From contig NC_042998.1 of NCBI RefSeq assembly GCF_006345805.1, positions 50,282,001 to 50,346,000 on the forward strand: 64,000 nt of DNA, given 5' to 3'. The translations under genes were made by a program, and so were the position numbers. The notes beneath the pieces were generated by a model. It did no database searches, had not been told where the DNA came from, and saw only the letters and a list, made by a program, of their open reading frames with translations. Source of the stretch: Octopus sinensis (lineage: Eukaryota). The first letter of the stretch is position 1. Each line of letters starts with the position of its first letter. Shown piece after piece: positions 39,690 to 50,744 of the stretch.

Positions 39690-41215
39690 TATATATATAA
39701 TACAAAATGTGACAAGAACGCAAAACATCAGGACAACTAAGTGATACAAAAAGGGACAACAAACCATCCGGATAGACGATACAAAAAAAAAACAAGGACT
39801 GGTCATTCGAAGATTTTTATCCTCAGTCAAGAACCGGATCATACTCGCAATAAGATTCCTTGGAAGAAAGCATCGAATGTATACGAAAAGTAGCAGCATA
39901 GCCCGGCGTTGCCCGGGTATGTAAGAGCCCCTAGTAGGTAACGACTAATCCCAATCTAGTCCTTTCCCTCTAGGGAACGAAGGCGCATGTTTAGGTTGCA
40001 ATGTCTTCTCTTCACTCCCAAATAACTATCAAACAGCTATCGATAATTCAACCCAACCAATTCCTACCAGGAAGAAATTACATTCGAGACTTTACCCCCA
40101 ACACCGCCTCTTCTGCTAATAGCTGCTGCAGCCGCAAGTTATTCGAATACTTTTTTGTTTACACTTTCTTTATAACTACCACCCCAAACGTTTTACCTTA
40201 ATTTTTTGACGTACCCTAAGGGTCCTCGGACGCTACTTGCAAACTCTTGGTTTATTATAAACCGTTTTTGTCGTGTGCACCAAAAGAACCTTTTCCATTC
40301 GTTTGTTCAGTTTGGTCACTTTTGACTTTTTCGTTGTTGTCACTCACATTGCTGCCCGCTTTTTTGCCGTTTTTGTACATTTTTATACATTTTGGGATAC
40401 TTACCCCACGTGTTCCGAGGGTTAAAAAGGTCAAGTTGCGTCCCCTAGACAGTCTGTAGAAAATGTGTTGCATGTAAAAAGCTTAGATTCTCGACCCATG
40501 TCGAATTTATCGATTTTTTTCAGAACTGGGGGAACTTTCCAAAATTTTCGCTGCGTTAGTTTTGAATTATGACATTGGGCTATGTGTGTGTCAAGTTTCA
40601 TCAGAATCGGTTGAAAGCCGTGGTCAGGGTGAGGGTACAACCTGACAGACACACAGACAGACAAACTGCCGTTTATATATAGAGAGATAAGGACGGAAAA
40701 ACAGACGATATGCATATGAGGGCACATGACGTCATGAAACGTGTACAACAAAAAAAGTACGAAGCATGAGTACATGGAACATGAACTATTCTTTCGTACA
40801 AAGAAAGACACAAATGGGAAAACAAAACAAACATAAAGAACGACCGTTCATCAGTTGTTTGCTGTTTTTCTAGTCTCGTATTTGGAGCATTTAACAACAG
40901 TATAGACTTTCGATAAAACAGTTGCTCCTGCAAAGCAAATAAAATAAAATTTGGAATTATGCGGAGAGGGCTAAAATAGGTAACGCAAATAGGACAGTGA
41001 AAAAAAAAAAAATATATATATATATATGGAGAGTTTACGAAAAAAAACAAAAGACGAAGACGGGTGGTGTACAAAACAAACAGATGTATTAGTATAACGC
41101 TCAGGAATAGAAAACGTCTTTTACGTTTCGAGCCTACGCTCTTCTACAGAAAGGGACACAGAAAAAACAAAGAGAGAAAAAAATGTCTGTAGTGGCTAAC
41201 GATCTATCATGGCGA

Positions 41216-41220
<5 letters not shown>
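39690..41220 (-). mobile_element. Penelope-like relic hosting the Helitron
   Basis: A-rich plus strand with GACAAGAACGCAAAACATC, AAGGACGGAAAAAC and ACGTTTCGAGCC motifs, typical of PLE termini (inference). Confidence 0.5.
39890..40687 (-). mobile_element. Non-autonomous Helitron (~798 bp)
   Basis: The minus strand starts TCTCTCTATATATAAAC..(GTCT)n after an A. It ends with the hairpin CCCGGGCAACGCCGGG (39902-39917) plus CTAC (CTAG variant) before a T. It is inserted at an AT without a TSD, and the flanks rejoin as ..GTATACGAAAA|TAAGGACGGAAAAA.. Confidence 0.8.
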
Positions 41221-41309
<89 letters not shown>

Positions 41310-41493
41310 ACGGAGAAAAAAACAAAAGGCGAAGACAGGTGGTGTACAAAACAAACAGATGTATTAGTATAACGCTCAGGAATAGAAAAAGTCTTTTACG
41401 TTTCGAGCCTACGCTCTTCTACAGAAAGGGACACACAAAAAACAATGAGAGAAAAAAATGTCTGTAGTGGCTAACGATCTATCATGGCGACTA

Positions 41494-41495
<2 letters not shown>
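41029..41495 (-). repeat. Two tandem ~190 bp Penelope-like terminal units (period ~275 bp), each with a minimal hammerhead-like motif
   Basis: GAGAGTTTACG...ATCATGGCGACTAAT at 41029-41220 and 41302-41495, separated by (TA)n(GA)n. Confidence 0.85.
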
Positions 41496-41556
<61 letters not shown>

Positions 41557-41590
41557 CCACACACACACACACACATACATATATATACTT

Positions 41591-41810
41591 GGTACAAATT
41601 GACCTTGAACTCTGCTGTGCATGCGCAGTAAGTTTTAATGTTCCAGCTTAGTTTCGCTGTTTACAGCAGTGCTTGGATGTAACTTGTGTAGCGTGTGATC
41701 CTTGCAATGACCATGACAAAATTGAGCAGGGATTCCGCATCATATTTTGCCAAAAGCTCGGCGATACCTGCTCAGAGGCCGAAGCAAAGTTTCTAAAAAG
41801 CTTCTTCGTT
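41591..41810 (+). pseudogene. Mariner 5' end and N-terminal transposase fragment
   Basis: With one frameshift it translates to MTK(I)EQGFRIIFCQKLGDTCSEAEAKFLK. It is homologous, in inverted orientation, to 42180-42335. Confidence 0.6.
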
Positions 41811-41814
41811 CTCG

Positions 41815-42400
41815 AAATACTCAAGGAGATCATGTGCAACTGAAACCCGAGTGACTTTTAGTCAGCTGAAAGTTTTGGTACAAACTTAGCAGACAGACAC
41901 GCATAATGCCCAAATCTTCAGTGATAATGGACTGAACTGAATCGTAACTAATTTGCACATTCTCTGATAACTCATGGATGGTGATTCGACGATATCCCAT
42001 CACAGATGCACGCACATCTGTGATGTTTTTCTCAGTTCTACTGGTTGCGGGTCCTTCAGAACGTTCATCAATATCGGCATTTTTTCGGCCAGCTTCGAAA
42101 CGTCTGAACCCCTCGTACACTTATATGCGTCTCATACACTCCTCTCCATACACTTTCTGCAACTTTTCGTAGGCCTCTGAGCAGGTATTAGCTTATCAAC
42201 ATTCTTTGCCATGGTCAATGCGACGATTACACGCTACATACCTTCCTTCCAAGCACTGCTGTTAACAGCAGGAGTGAGGTAGAACGTTAAAACGTGGTGC
42301 GCATGCACAACAGCGTTCAAGGTCAATCTGTACGAAGCGGCTTTACTCTGCGTGCATTAACTTCGTTAGTATGGCAACAGTCCGGATACTTATCGATCAG

Positions 42401-42406
<6 letters not shown>
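41815..42406 (-). mobile_element. Mariner relic (one TIR plus HTH region of the transposase)
   Basis: TIR-like TA|TAAGGTCTGATCGATAAGTATCCGGACTG at 42408-42378. ORF 41830-42120 reads VYEGFRRFEAGRKNADIDERSEGPATSRTEKNI..RRITIHELSENVQISYDSVQSIITEDLG, followed by a frameshifted KFVPK resembling the WVPR/WVPH motif. Confidence 0.8.
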
Positions 42407-42439
<33 letters not shown>

Positions 42440-42789
42440 GTAATATGTGACAATTATCCGGTAGCCATGATAAAACTCCGAGGTGGAAATCCACGCGGCC
42501 ATCTCTTCAGTTATCCGGCCATCGGATAAATGCTATGAAAAATGACCGTTATACAAAGGGAAATTACTGTGTGATTGACCGTTATTAAGACAAAAGAACT
42601 ATTCGAATGACCGTTAAGTAAGGAGAGGGAGTAAAATAAGGGGGTAAAAAAGCTCATAGTAGTATTCGCGTAAAAGCGCCTGTTCATACCTACACATGTG
42701 CGCCCGCACACCCACGTGCGGGCACCTAAGAGTATACATTCATCCACCCTCAACCTCATCCTTCTCCAAATGTATATGTATATACATAC

Positions 42790-43265
42790 AAATCCACACA
42801 CACGCACGCGCACCATAAAGGTTCATACACACGTCTATATATGCACAAGCTTAAGAAAAAACAGGGTTAAGGTTAACAATACAGAAAAAGGCACAAGGGA
42901 GTATACAAAGAGAAAACCACGTCTATATACGCACATACCCTTATGCACGCGCACACACACGCCTATACACGCACATACCCGCACACGTCTAAATACGCAC
43001 ATACACACGCACGCACAAAAAATCATACATACGTCTATATGCGCACATACACAAGAAAAAACAGGGCTAAGGGCAAAAATACAGGAAAATGTGTAAAAAC
43101 ACTGGGTAAAATACGTCTATATACGCACGTACTCGCATGCACGCACACACGCACACAACTATATACGCACATACCCGCACACACGCACACATTCACACGC
43201 GCGCACAAAAGATTCCATATACACGTCTATATACGCACAGGGAAAAATGCAGGGTGGAAGGTAGA
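42790..43265. repeat. Diverged ~195 bp tandem repeat (about 2.5 units) with a recurring ACGTCTATATACGCAC motif
   Basis: Units start near 42805, 43008 and 43198. AAGAAAAAACAGGG.TAAGG is shared by units 1 and 2. Confidence 0.65.
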
Positions 43266-46200
43266 ATAAAGAAAAATCGTGTGTAAAAAATATGATCGTA
43301 AGTTTGTGGTTTCGAATCCTGGACCTGGTGATGATTTGTGTACCTGAAGAAAACACTTCGTGAAGTTGCTCTTGTCCACTGAAATGGTAAAAAAGAGTAA
43401 TCCCGTGACAGAGATGAGGAATGTAAACACCACAAGAACCGAGAAACCTGCATTATGGGTCTATCGCTCGGGAAGGACGTTTGATAACTTTTGTTTTCCA
43501 CGGAGCATTGTTTGATATTTATAAATGTCTTGAATATATTTTTTTAAAGCTGACACAACACATGTTATAAACATTAATCATAGAAGTTGATGGTTAGCAC
43601 TATTTCAGAGTTAGAACCCCTTCTTCAGGATATTTACAAAGAAAACGTGTTGGCTGTTGATTTCTCTGCTCTGTACACATTATAGAGCGGGAAAATAAGC
43701 TGGCAACAGTTTTTACCCAAAACTGAAATATTGAAAAGCCAGGGAACATATACTAATCATCGACCTGTATTATAACTTTTGGGGGGGATTAAAACAAAAT
43801 ATATTTAAAACATTTACCCATACATATTAACATTATTTCTCTGAGTTTCATGTCTTTGATCTTCAGGCTATTGTATTGAATATGATGTGCATAACAATGA
43901 CAAACCAGCATAAGACAGAACAAGTAGCAAATATTTGAATACGTGGTATATTTTGTTTGGATAGTATAAAAAAACAACAACTTCGGAGTGATTTCTATTT
44001 ACATAAAGCCATAAAGATGAAATAACATAAAGAAGAATGAAATAAAAATACAATGATAAGCGGGTGTCGAAATTGCGTGTATAGAATATAATTTCATATA
44101 TATTGATGAAAATATAAATTGTTTGTGGACAAAGATAAAAACAAAATCTAATTAAATTTGTGTGATGTGTGCAGCAGAGATATTAATGAGGGAAAAAAAA
44201 GACACAAAAACGTCTGTGAAAATTGTTAATTTTGTCGGAATGGAGGCAAAAAATTAACTCAAATTGTTACGTGATCCAATTGCTTTCGACAATTTCTTAG
44301 TAGTTACGGTATAGTACATTTTTAGACACACACACACACACACACACGAGTCACTTGGAGGCGCGTTTAAATTCATATCTTAATATTAAACTTTCAGAAG
44401 GTTAGAATGAGATATGCATTATTTTGAGTCCGGCACAACTGTAACTAAGTTTTGATTGAAAACTACCATATTGGTATAATGGAGCAAATTCTATCATTGA
44501 CCAGAAACGTATTCCATGTTGCCTTTTTCAGAAAGCATATCTACTTTGGTGAAGCTGAGCCGAATTTGCCGGGTTACTAAAGGAAAAGTTATGCTGATAA
44601 AGGCGAGCATCAATGGTTTGTTCATTTAATTCAAAGAGACTAGTTAAATTCCAGAGAATAGTTTCAGAGTCATTGCTCTTCATCAGTCTGGAGTATCTTG
44701 GCCGTCTAGCTGGGTGGTGGTGCTTATCTCCCCTGTTTGAAAACTTAAGGACACAGAACGCTTACAAAAGTAGTCAGCGTACGTCTATTTTCCTTCCTCT
44801 AAGGAACAACAGTAAATATATACAGATATATATATATACACATATAAATATATACATATATATATATACACATATATGTATACATATACATATATATACA
44901 TATACATATATATATATATACACACACACATATGTATATATAATGTATGTACGTATGTTTGTAAGTATAAATGCATATATAATGTATTGAAGCACACACA
45001 CACACACATATGAGAAGTTCCACATTTGCGCTGTATATAATAACTAATAATACTACTAAGTATAGTAGTTAATTTACCACTATACTAAAGGCATAATCTA
45101 CGTGGAGCTCTAAATTTAATAGTAGTAGTTGTACATCTATTTCAACGCATAAGGTACTCTACACACGCGTGCGCTCATACACAGACACACGCATTGCTTA
45201 TTCGTATCGTTATAGCTTACTTAAATCATGTTTGTGCGATTGAACAAGGTAAAAATGCAACATAAGAGATATCGAGTTTCTTGATAATGTTCCTGTCTAA
45301 TTAGATTGTTTAGAAAGTCATACGTCTGTCGTGTAGCTACAACCATAACTGAATTGGCCAGTTACCATATAAATTTTAGCCGTGACCATCTGTGTTCTTT
45401 ATATATGATTACATTATCAAATACTAATCTTCTTTTTTTCTTTGTTTTTTATAATGGTAGTGAGTAGTTTGACGCTTCAATGCTAGTGTATCGAACGTCT
45501 ATGTAGAGTGTTAGCATTACATAAGGCTAAGATCGGTCATTAACGTCTGTGATTTGATTTCGATTTTATCCTGAAAGCAATTCCCTTCACGTTCACGGAG
45601 GAAATGGAACCTTTGTGACTGGTGAAAAGAAACCATTTTTTAGATTACATTTGTATTTGAATAATATTTAAACTTTTAGAATTTTTTTTTTGTTCTTCAA
45701 AAAAATGTTTGAACTTGAGTAGAAAATGTATACATGTGACTTTGTCAATTTCTGACGAGCTGGAAAGGTGAAAAGTTTATTTTAAAATTTGAAGATTGGA
45801 AAGAGAGTACTCGGTGGAATTCTATAAAATCTGCTTTATTTCTCAATAGCTTCTATCATTGATTTTGTAAAAGAAACAATTTTGAAAAAAAAATGATATC
45901 ATTTTGTGATTTGATTTTCAGCCAATTTTACAGTTTAGTGAATTATCAAAAAGAAAAATGGCGTAGGATTTGGATTTGTCGTGTTTGAATCACACGTTGC
46001 TACGCATAAAACATGGGAATTTGTTTATTTTGATAATATTTTACATTTTTCTATTTCATGATTACTTGTACAGGCGCTAATGCAGAATATATTATAGAAG
46101 ATCAAATAGCAATTCGTAGTCCGCATGCCAATTTTGACCTTTCACTAGTCTATTAGCTCTAAAAGTGACGGGAAATAGCTGTTCCCAGGAACTAAAACAT

Positions 46201-46295
46201 CAGTTTCGTACAATTTCATTAAGCCAAGGACTTAAAACCGTCTCTACTGTGTCCAGCGCTCTAATTTTTAAAGATCAATTCCCTTTCCTTCTCTA

Positions 46296-46345
46296 TATAT
46301 AAGACCCTGCATTTATTTTAAAGCAAAATGAAACCGTTATCAGTC
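46296..46345 (+). promoter_or_regulatory. Candidate core promoter: TATATAAG and a downstream TCAGTC Inr-like motif
   Basis: TATATAAG at 46296-46303 and TCAGTC at 46340-46345, upstream of a strong donor at 46506. The TATA-to-Inr spacing (46 bp) is longer than the canonical ~30 bp. Confidence 0.3.
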
Positions 46346-46505
46346 ATTTAATTCTTAAGAAATCTAGCACCACACGCAAGTAGAATGGACGTACATTAAT
46401 TGATATTAGGAAAGGGAAATGGCTTGTATAATCACTACGCGAGATATATACGACTTTCTCTGAATTAATTTGTGGTCCGGTTTAAAGTCAACGTCTGACT
46501 CTTAG

Positions 46506-46603
46506 GTGAGTTATAGTCCAGTCTTTTATAAACATTCGAGCTAGGTCATTATTTTAAGGATAACCTATGAGTTATAGTTATTTCTTTTCTTTTGCTCTTG
46601 CAG
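46506..46603 (+). other. Candidate 98 bp intron
   Basis: Donor TAG|GTGAGT and acceptor TTTCTTTTCTTTTGCTCTTGCAG|, with a TAAC branch-like motif at 46561. A possible next donor is AAG|GTATAT at 46733. Confidence 0.5.
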
Positions 46604-46928
46604 TCTCGAAAGCCATAAAGGAGTCATGTCTGCTACCCTTTCTTCTATGATTATGCGATAAAATGGAACCGCCTTAAATAATTTAGATAGATTGCTTTCT
46701 TCCGATTGAAGACAGATCCTGGCATTGACAAGGTATATTATAAACGGATTTGATACTCAGAATATGACTGGTGGTAACTAGGTCAACCCTGGAGAGAGAA
46801 ATTCATGTGGAAATTCAGAGGATATAGAGTTAGACTGTATAAACAAGAATAAAATTACGATAAAGCATTTAGCTCGGAGCTCCACTAACGAATCAAGTAA
46901 AGAACCCTGGTGCGCTTATATAAGATAT

Positions 46929-47073
46929 AGAATCGTGGCCAAAAGTTTGGAACATTCTTTTGAAAATTGAAATTCTAATGCTCAAGTATAATTAGATTCA
47001 AATATAATTTTTGGTATTTAATATAAAAATTCTAATTTTCAGACCTATGTTCCAAACCTTTGGCCACGACTTT
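46929..47073. mobile_element. Tc1-type MITE (~140 bp)
   Basis: TIRs TCGTGGCCAAAAGTTTGGAACA (46933-46954) and TGTTCCAAACCTTTGGCCACGA (47048-47069), resembling the Tc1 CAGTCGTGGCCAAAAG terminus. Confidence 0.75.
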
Positions 47074-47419
47074 AACAGTCTTATCTCCCATAATCTAAAC
47101 ACATAATCTTAAAAAGAAAAAGGGAAAGACATGTTAGATCTTATAATTCTCGACAGTTTGTGTCTTTAGAAAAGATGATATGGTAAAACTTGGATCAACT
47201 TTGATAATTCTACTTGTTTGGGGATCCATATTAGGCAACAATAACAACAAAAACTGAGAAACATAATTACACCAAAAAATATAATGTATTACATCAAGAA
47301 ATATAATGATTTCTAAATTTGACGCACATTTGTATGTTTAAGTTCTTCATTTCTGATGCCGTCAGGTCGGCAGAACACCCATGGGGACTTTGACAAGCAT
47401 ATATGTTTGTCAAGGATTA

Positions 47420-48355
47420 TTTAAAATAAAATAAGTACCAGTTACGCACTGGCGTCAATATAATCGACTTAATCCCTTTGTCTGTCCTTGTTTGTCCTCT
47501 CTGTGTGTAGCCCCTTGTGAGCAGTAAAGAAATAGGTATTGCATCTGTCTTCGTGTTCTGAGTTCAAATTCTGCCGAGGTCGACTTTGATTTTCATCCTT
47601 TTGGGGTCGATAAAATAAGTACCAAATTTTCAGGCCTTGTACCTATAGTAGAAAGGATTATGGATGCCCTATGTTGATTGATTCATATTTCGCCCCTAAT
47701 ATTAATTATTTCATAGGACAACGAGCTGGTAGAATTGTTACGGCGCCGGAGAAAATGCTTAGTGGCACTACTTCCGGCTTTACGTTCTCTGTTCAAATGC
47801 CGCCGGGTTCGACCTTGCTTTTCATCCTTTAGAGGTCGATAAAATAAGTACCAGTTGAGCACTGGATTTGATGTAATCGACTTGCACCCTCCCTCACAAT
47901 TGCTGGCATTGTAACAAAATTTGAAACCAATATTACTTATTTCATACGGCAGTGAGCCGGACGAATCGTTAGCACGCCGGGGAAAATGCTTAGCGGTATT
48001 TCGTCTGTCGTTACGTTTTGAGTTCAAATTCCGCCGAGGTCGACTTTGCCTTTCATCCTTTCGGGATCGATTAAATACGAGTAATTACCAGATTCGCACT
48101 GGGGTCAATGTAATCGACTTAATCCGTTTGTCTGTCCTTGTTTGCCCTCTCTGTGTTTAGCCCCTTGTGGGTAGTAAAGAAATAGGTATTATGTCTGTCG
48201 TTACGTTATGAGTTCAACTTCAGGTCGACTGCTTCTCATCCTTTCGGGGTTGATAAAATAAGCACCAGTTGTACACTGGGGACGATGCTATCGACTTACA
48301 TCCTCCCCCCAAATTGCTGGCCTTGCGCCAACATTTTAAATCAATATTAATTATT
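47420..48355 (+). mobile_element. Cluster of three family-A SINEs
   Basis: A 5'-truncated long form at 47420-47660, plus copies at ~47720-47940 and ~47948-48355. Confidence 0.85.
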
Positions 48356-48556
48356 TCATAACTGATTCGTTGTTGTAGCTGATGCTCTGGCAGCAGTGGT
48401 TGTTGTTTTACAGGTTGTTATTCTTATTGATGTCGTTGTCATCGCTACTGTTACTTAGCTGCTGCTTTATATAGACTGAGTAGAGTTATTAGTAAAGGCT
48501 ATTCGGTTATGATCACCTCGTCTCTTTTGTATATTTGGCACTGCTATATCCAATGC

Positions 48557-48868
48557 GTGGAGACGCAATGGCCCAGTGTTTAGGGCAGCGGACTCGCGGT
48601 TGTAGGATCGCGGTTTCGATTCCCAGACCGGACGTTGTGAGTGTTTATTGAGCGAAAACACCTAAAAGCTCCACGAGGCTCCGGCAGGGGGTAGTGGTGA
48701 TTCCTGCTGTACTCTTTCGCCACAACTTTCTCTCACTCTTTCTTCTGTTGGCCTGCTCGCTTAGCCAGCGGGGTGGCGTCACTTGAAGGCTAAAACAATG
48801 CAAACCGCATTGTGACCAGCGATGTGTAGCAACATCTGATAGCCTGGTCGGTCACGGTGATCACGGTG
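48557..48868 (+). mobile_element. OR2-like tRNA-Arg SINE with intact 11 bp TSD
   Basis: TSD ATATCCAATGC at 48546-48556 and 48869-48879. The head has a TCG anticodon-like loop. The tail differs from that of the 62677 copy. The OR1/OR2 naming is from recall. Confidence 0.8.
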
Positions 48869-48949
48869 ATATCCAATGCATCATTTCCTCCTGATATGGA
48901 AACGTATTATTTGAAGAAATTCAGTAGTTATTTCTAGTAAATCAGATAA

Positions 48950-49300
48950 CCATATAGGTATTCTTTTCTGGCTTACAATGCTTCTGCTTTAGCTTGCTGG
49001 GGCATACTGTAGTCTTCGTCTCCATGTAGCTTATCTATTATATACGAGTATAGAAGAAGCCTTCTATATAGATTTGATCATTGGACGATTTCAACACAGA
49101 ACACATTCAAACGTACTACTCTGATGCTGGATGCACCCAGTGCTCAACTATAAAGACTGATCAAACCAGAATTCTGCATCTAGTCTTTGAACTCCACATT
49201 GGTGCCTGCAATGGAATCGAGATACTAACTACTGAAATCAGGTCTGAGGGGTCAACAGCCACTACTAGCTGCAACCCCCACAAAAGATCTAAAGAATAAC
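48950..49300 (+). pseudogene. Possible LINE apurinic endonuclease fragment
   Basis: Frameshift-joined LIIG-DFNT..TRILHLVF resembles the APE 'IIGDFN' and 'ILDLV' motifs. Confidence 0.35.
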
Positions 49301-49900
49301 GTAGCATATGCAATTATTTGTATTCGATATTAATCGATAAGTATTGGATATAAGCTGAATTTGATACTTCCTTCACATTGTGTGAAGTCGATTATGCACA
49401 GTTTCACCTCAGTGCATCCACAATAGCAGCCAATAATTTCATGATTAGTAATAAAGATAGTTTCAACGGTTTATACCAATATTGTTGTCTATGGATCAAG
49501 AATATGCAGCATGGTATTGTTTACAATATAATAAATTACATATGAACGGACAAAAGGAAGGAGCCTTTATGTGGCCAGTCGAATTAGTAGAAATAGCAGC
49601 CAAAATCCCATCCTAGATTTTAAGGCACAGAAATGATACATTAGATAATAAATTCTTACAAGACTCTTCAAAGGATTTTAAGGCTGGTATTTCTTTGTTC
49701 GTAAGTTTCCTTTATGAGGGTGGATCTGGGTTAAAACATCAACGATAACAATGTATAATCGGATGATTTGGGGAGAGGGGATTCACTTAGTTACTCGACT
49801 AGCTAGAAATAGCAGCTAAATATCCCTCCTATCATAGACACACTCCGATTTTAAAGATGGACTCATGGATTAATATATTTTTAGATGCATTGTGCATGAA

Positions 49901-49931
<31 letters not shown>

Positions 49932-49973
49932 GCAACAACAACAACAACAATAGTAATAATAATAGTAATAATA

Positions 49974-50022
<49 letters not shown>

Positions 50023-50133
50023 CACAATAACAATAATAACCATCAGAGCATCAAAACAAATCACAGCACATACCCAAGGCACACAGAGCTGCGCTCGGTA
50101 GTGAAGTGAAAGCACGCTATAAAAATAAAACTA

Positions 50134-50189
<56 letters not shown>

Positions 50190-50191
<2 letters not shown>

Positions 50192-50721
50192 GTACAAGGC
50201 AGTGGCTCTCATGGCTTCTGATCTTAACTGATTGGAAGTGTTATCATGACATTGTTTTGTCTTGGTATAAAAGATGGGCTACAGCAAATATTCTGCTCAA
50301 TACCACAGATTTGCTTGTCAGTTTTGACCTTAACCAGTTGAGCATGTCCTTAGTGGCTGACGATACGTGCATCTCTGATCACGAGCAGAAGTAAGTGGGG
50401 AGCATCATGCCATGTGTTGAGAGGGATTTTGGGGTTTGAATAGTTCACTTGGAAAACATGGGTGGTTCTTTCAACATCCTTAAACAACTCTTATTCAGGG
50501 ACCGTTTGAGCGGGATGGGCTACTCAACCTGAAGAAATTCTAACTGGGCCCCACCTGCAAGGTCATGTGTGTTTATCTTGATATGAGATCACCATGTCGC
50601 GCGCATATGGTTGTGATGCATGTGCCTGGTGTACCTTATCAGACGGGTAGTCATGATGGGTATATGGGTTTCGTATATTTTACCCCAGTGTCACTTGATG
50701 GCATGAACTGCTCTCTCACTC
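50190..50721. mobile_element. (AAT)n-flanked element, copy 3 (slightly clipped at one end, indel-rich)
   Basis: Co-linear with 28415-28967 and flanked by ~300 bp (AAT)n on the left and (AAT)n on the right. Confidence 0.75.
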
Positions 50722-50744
50722 AATAATAATAATAATAATAATAA

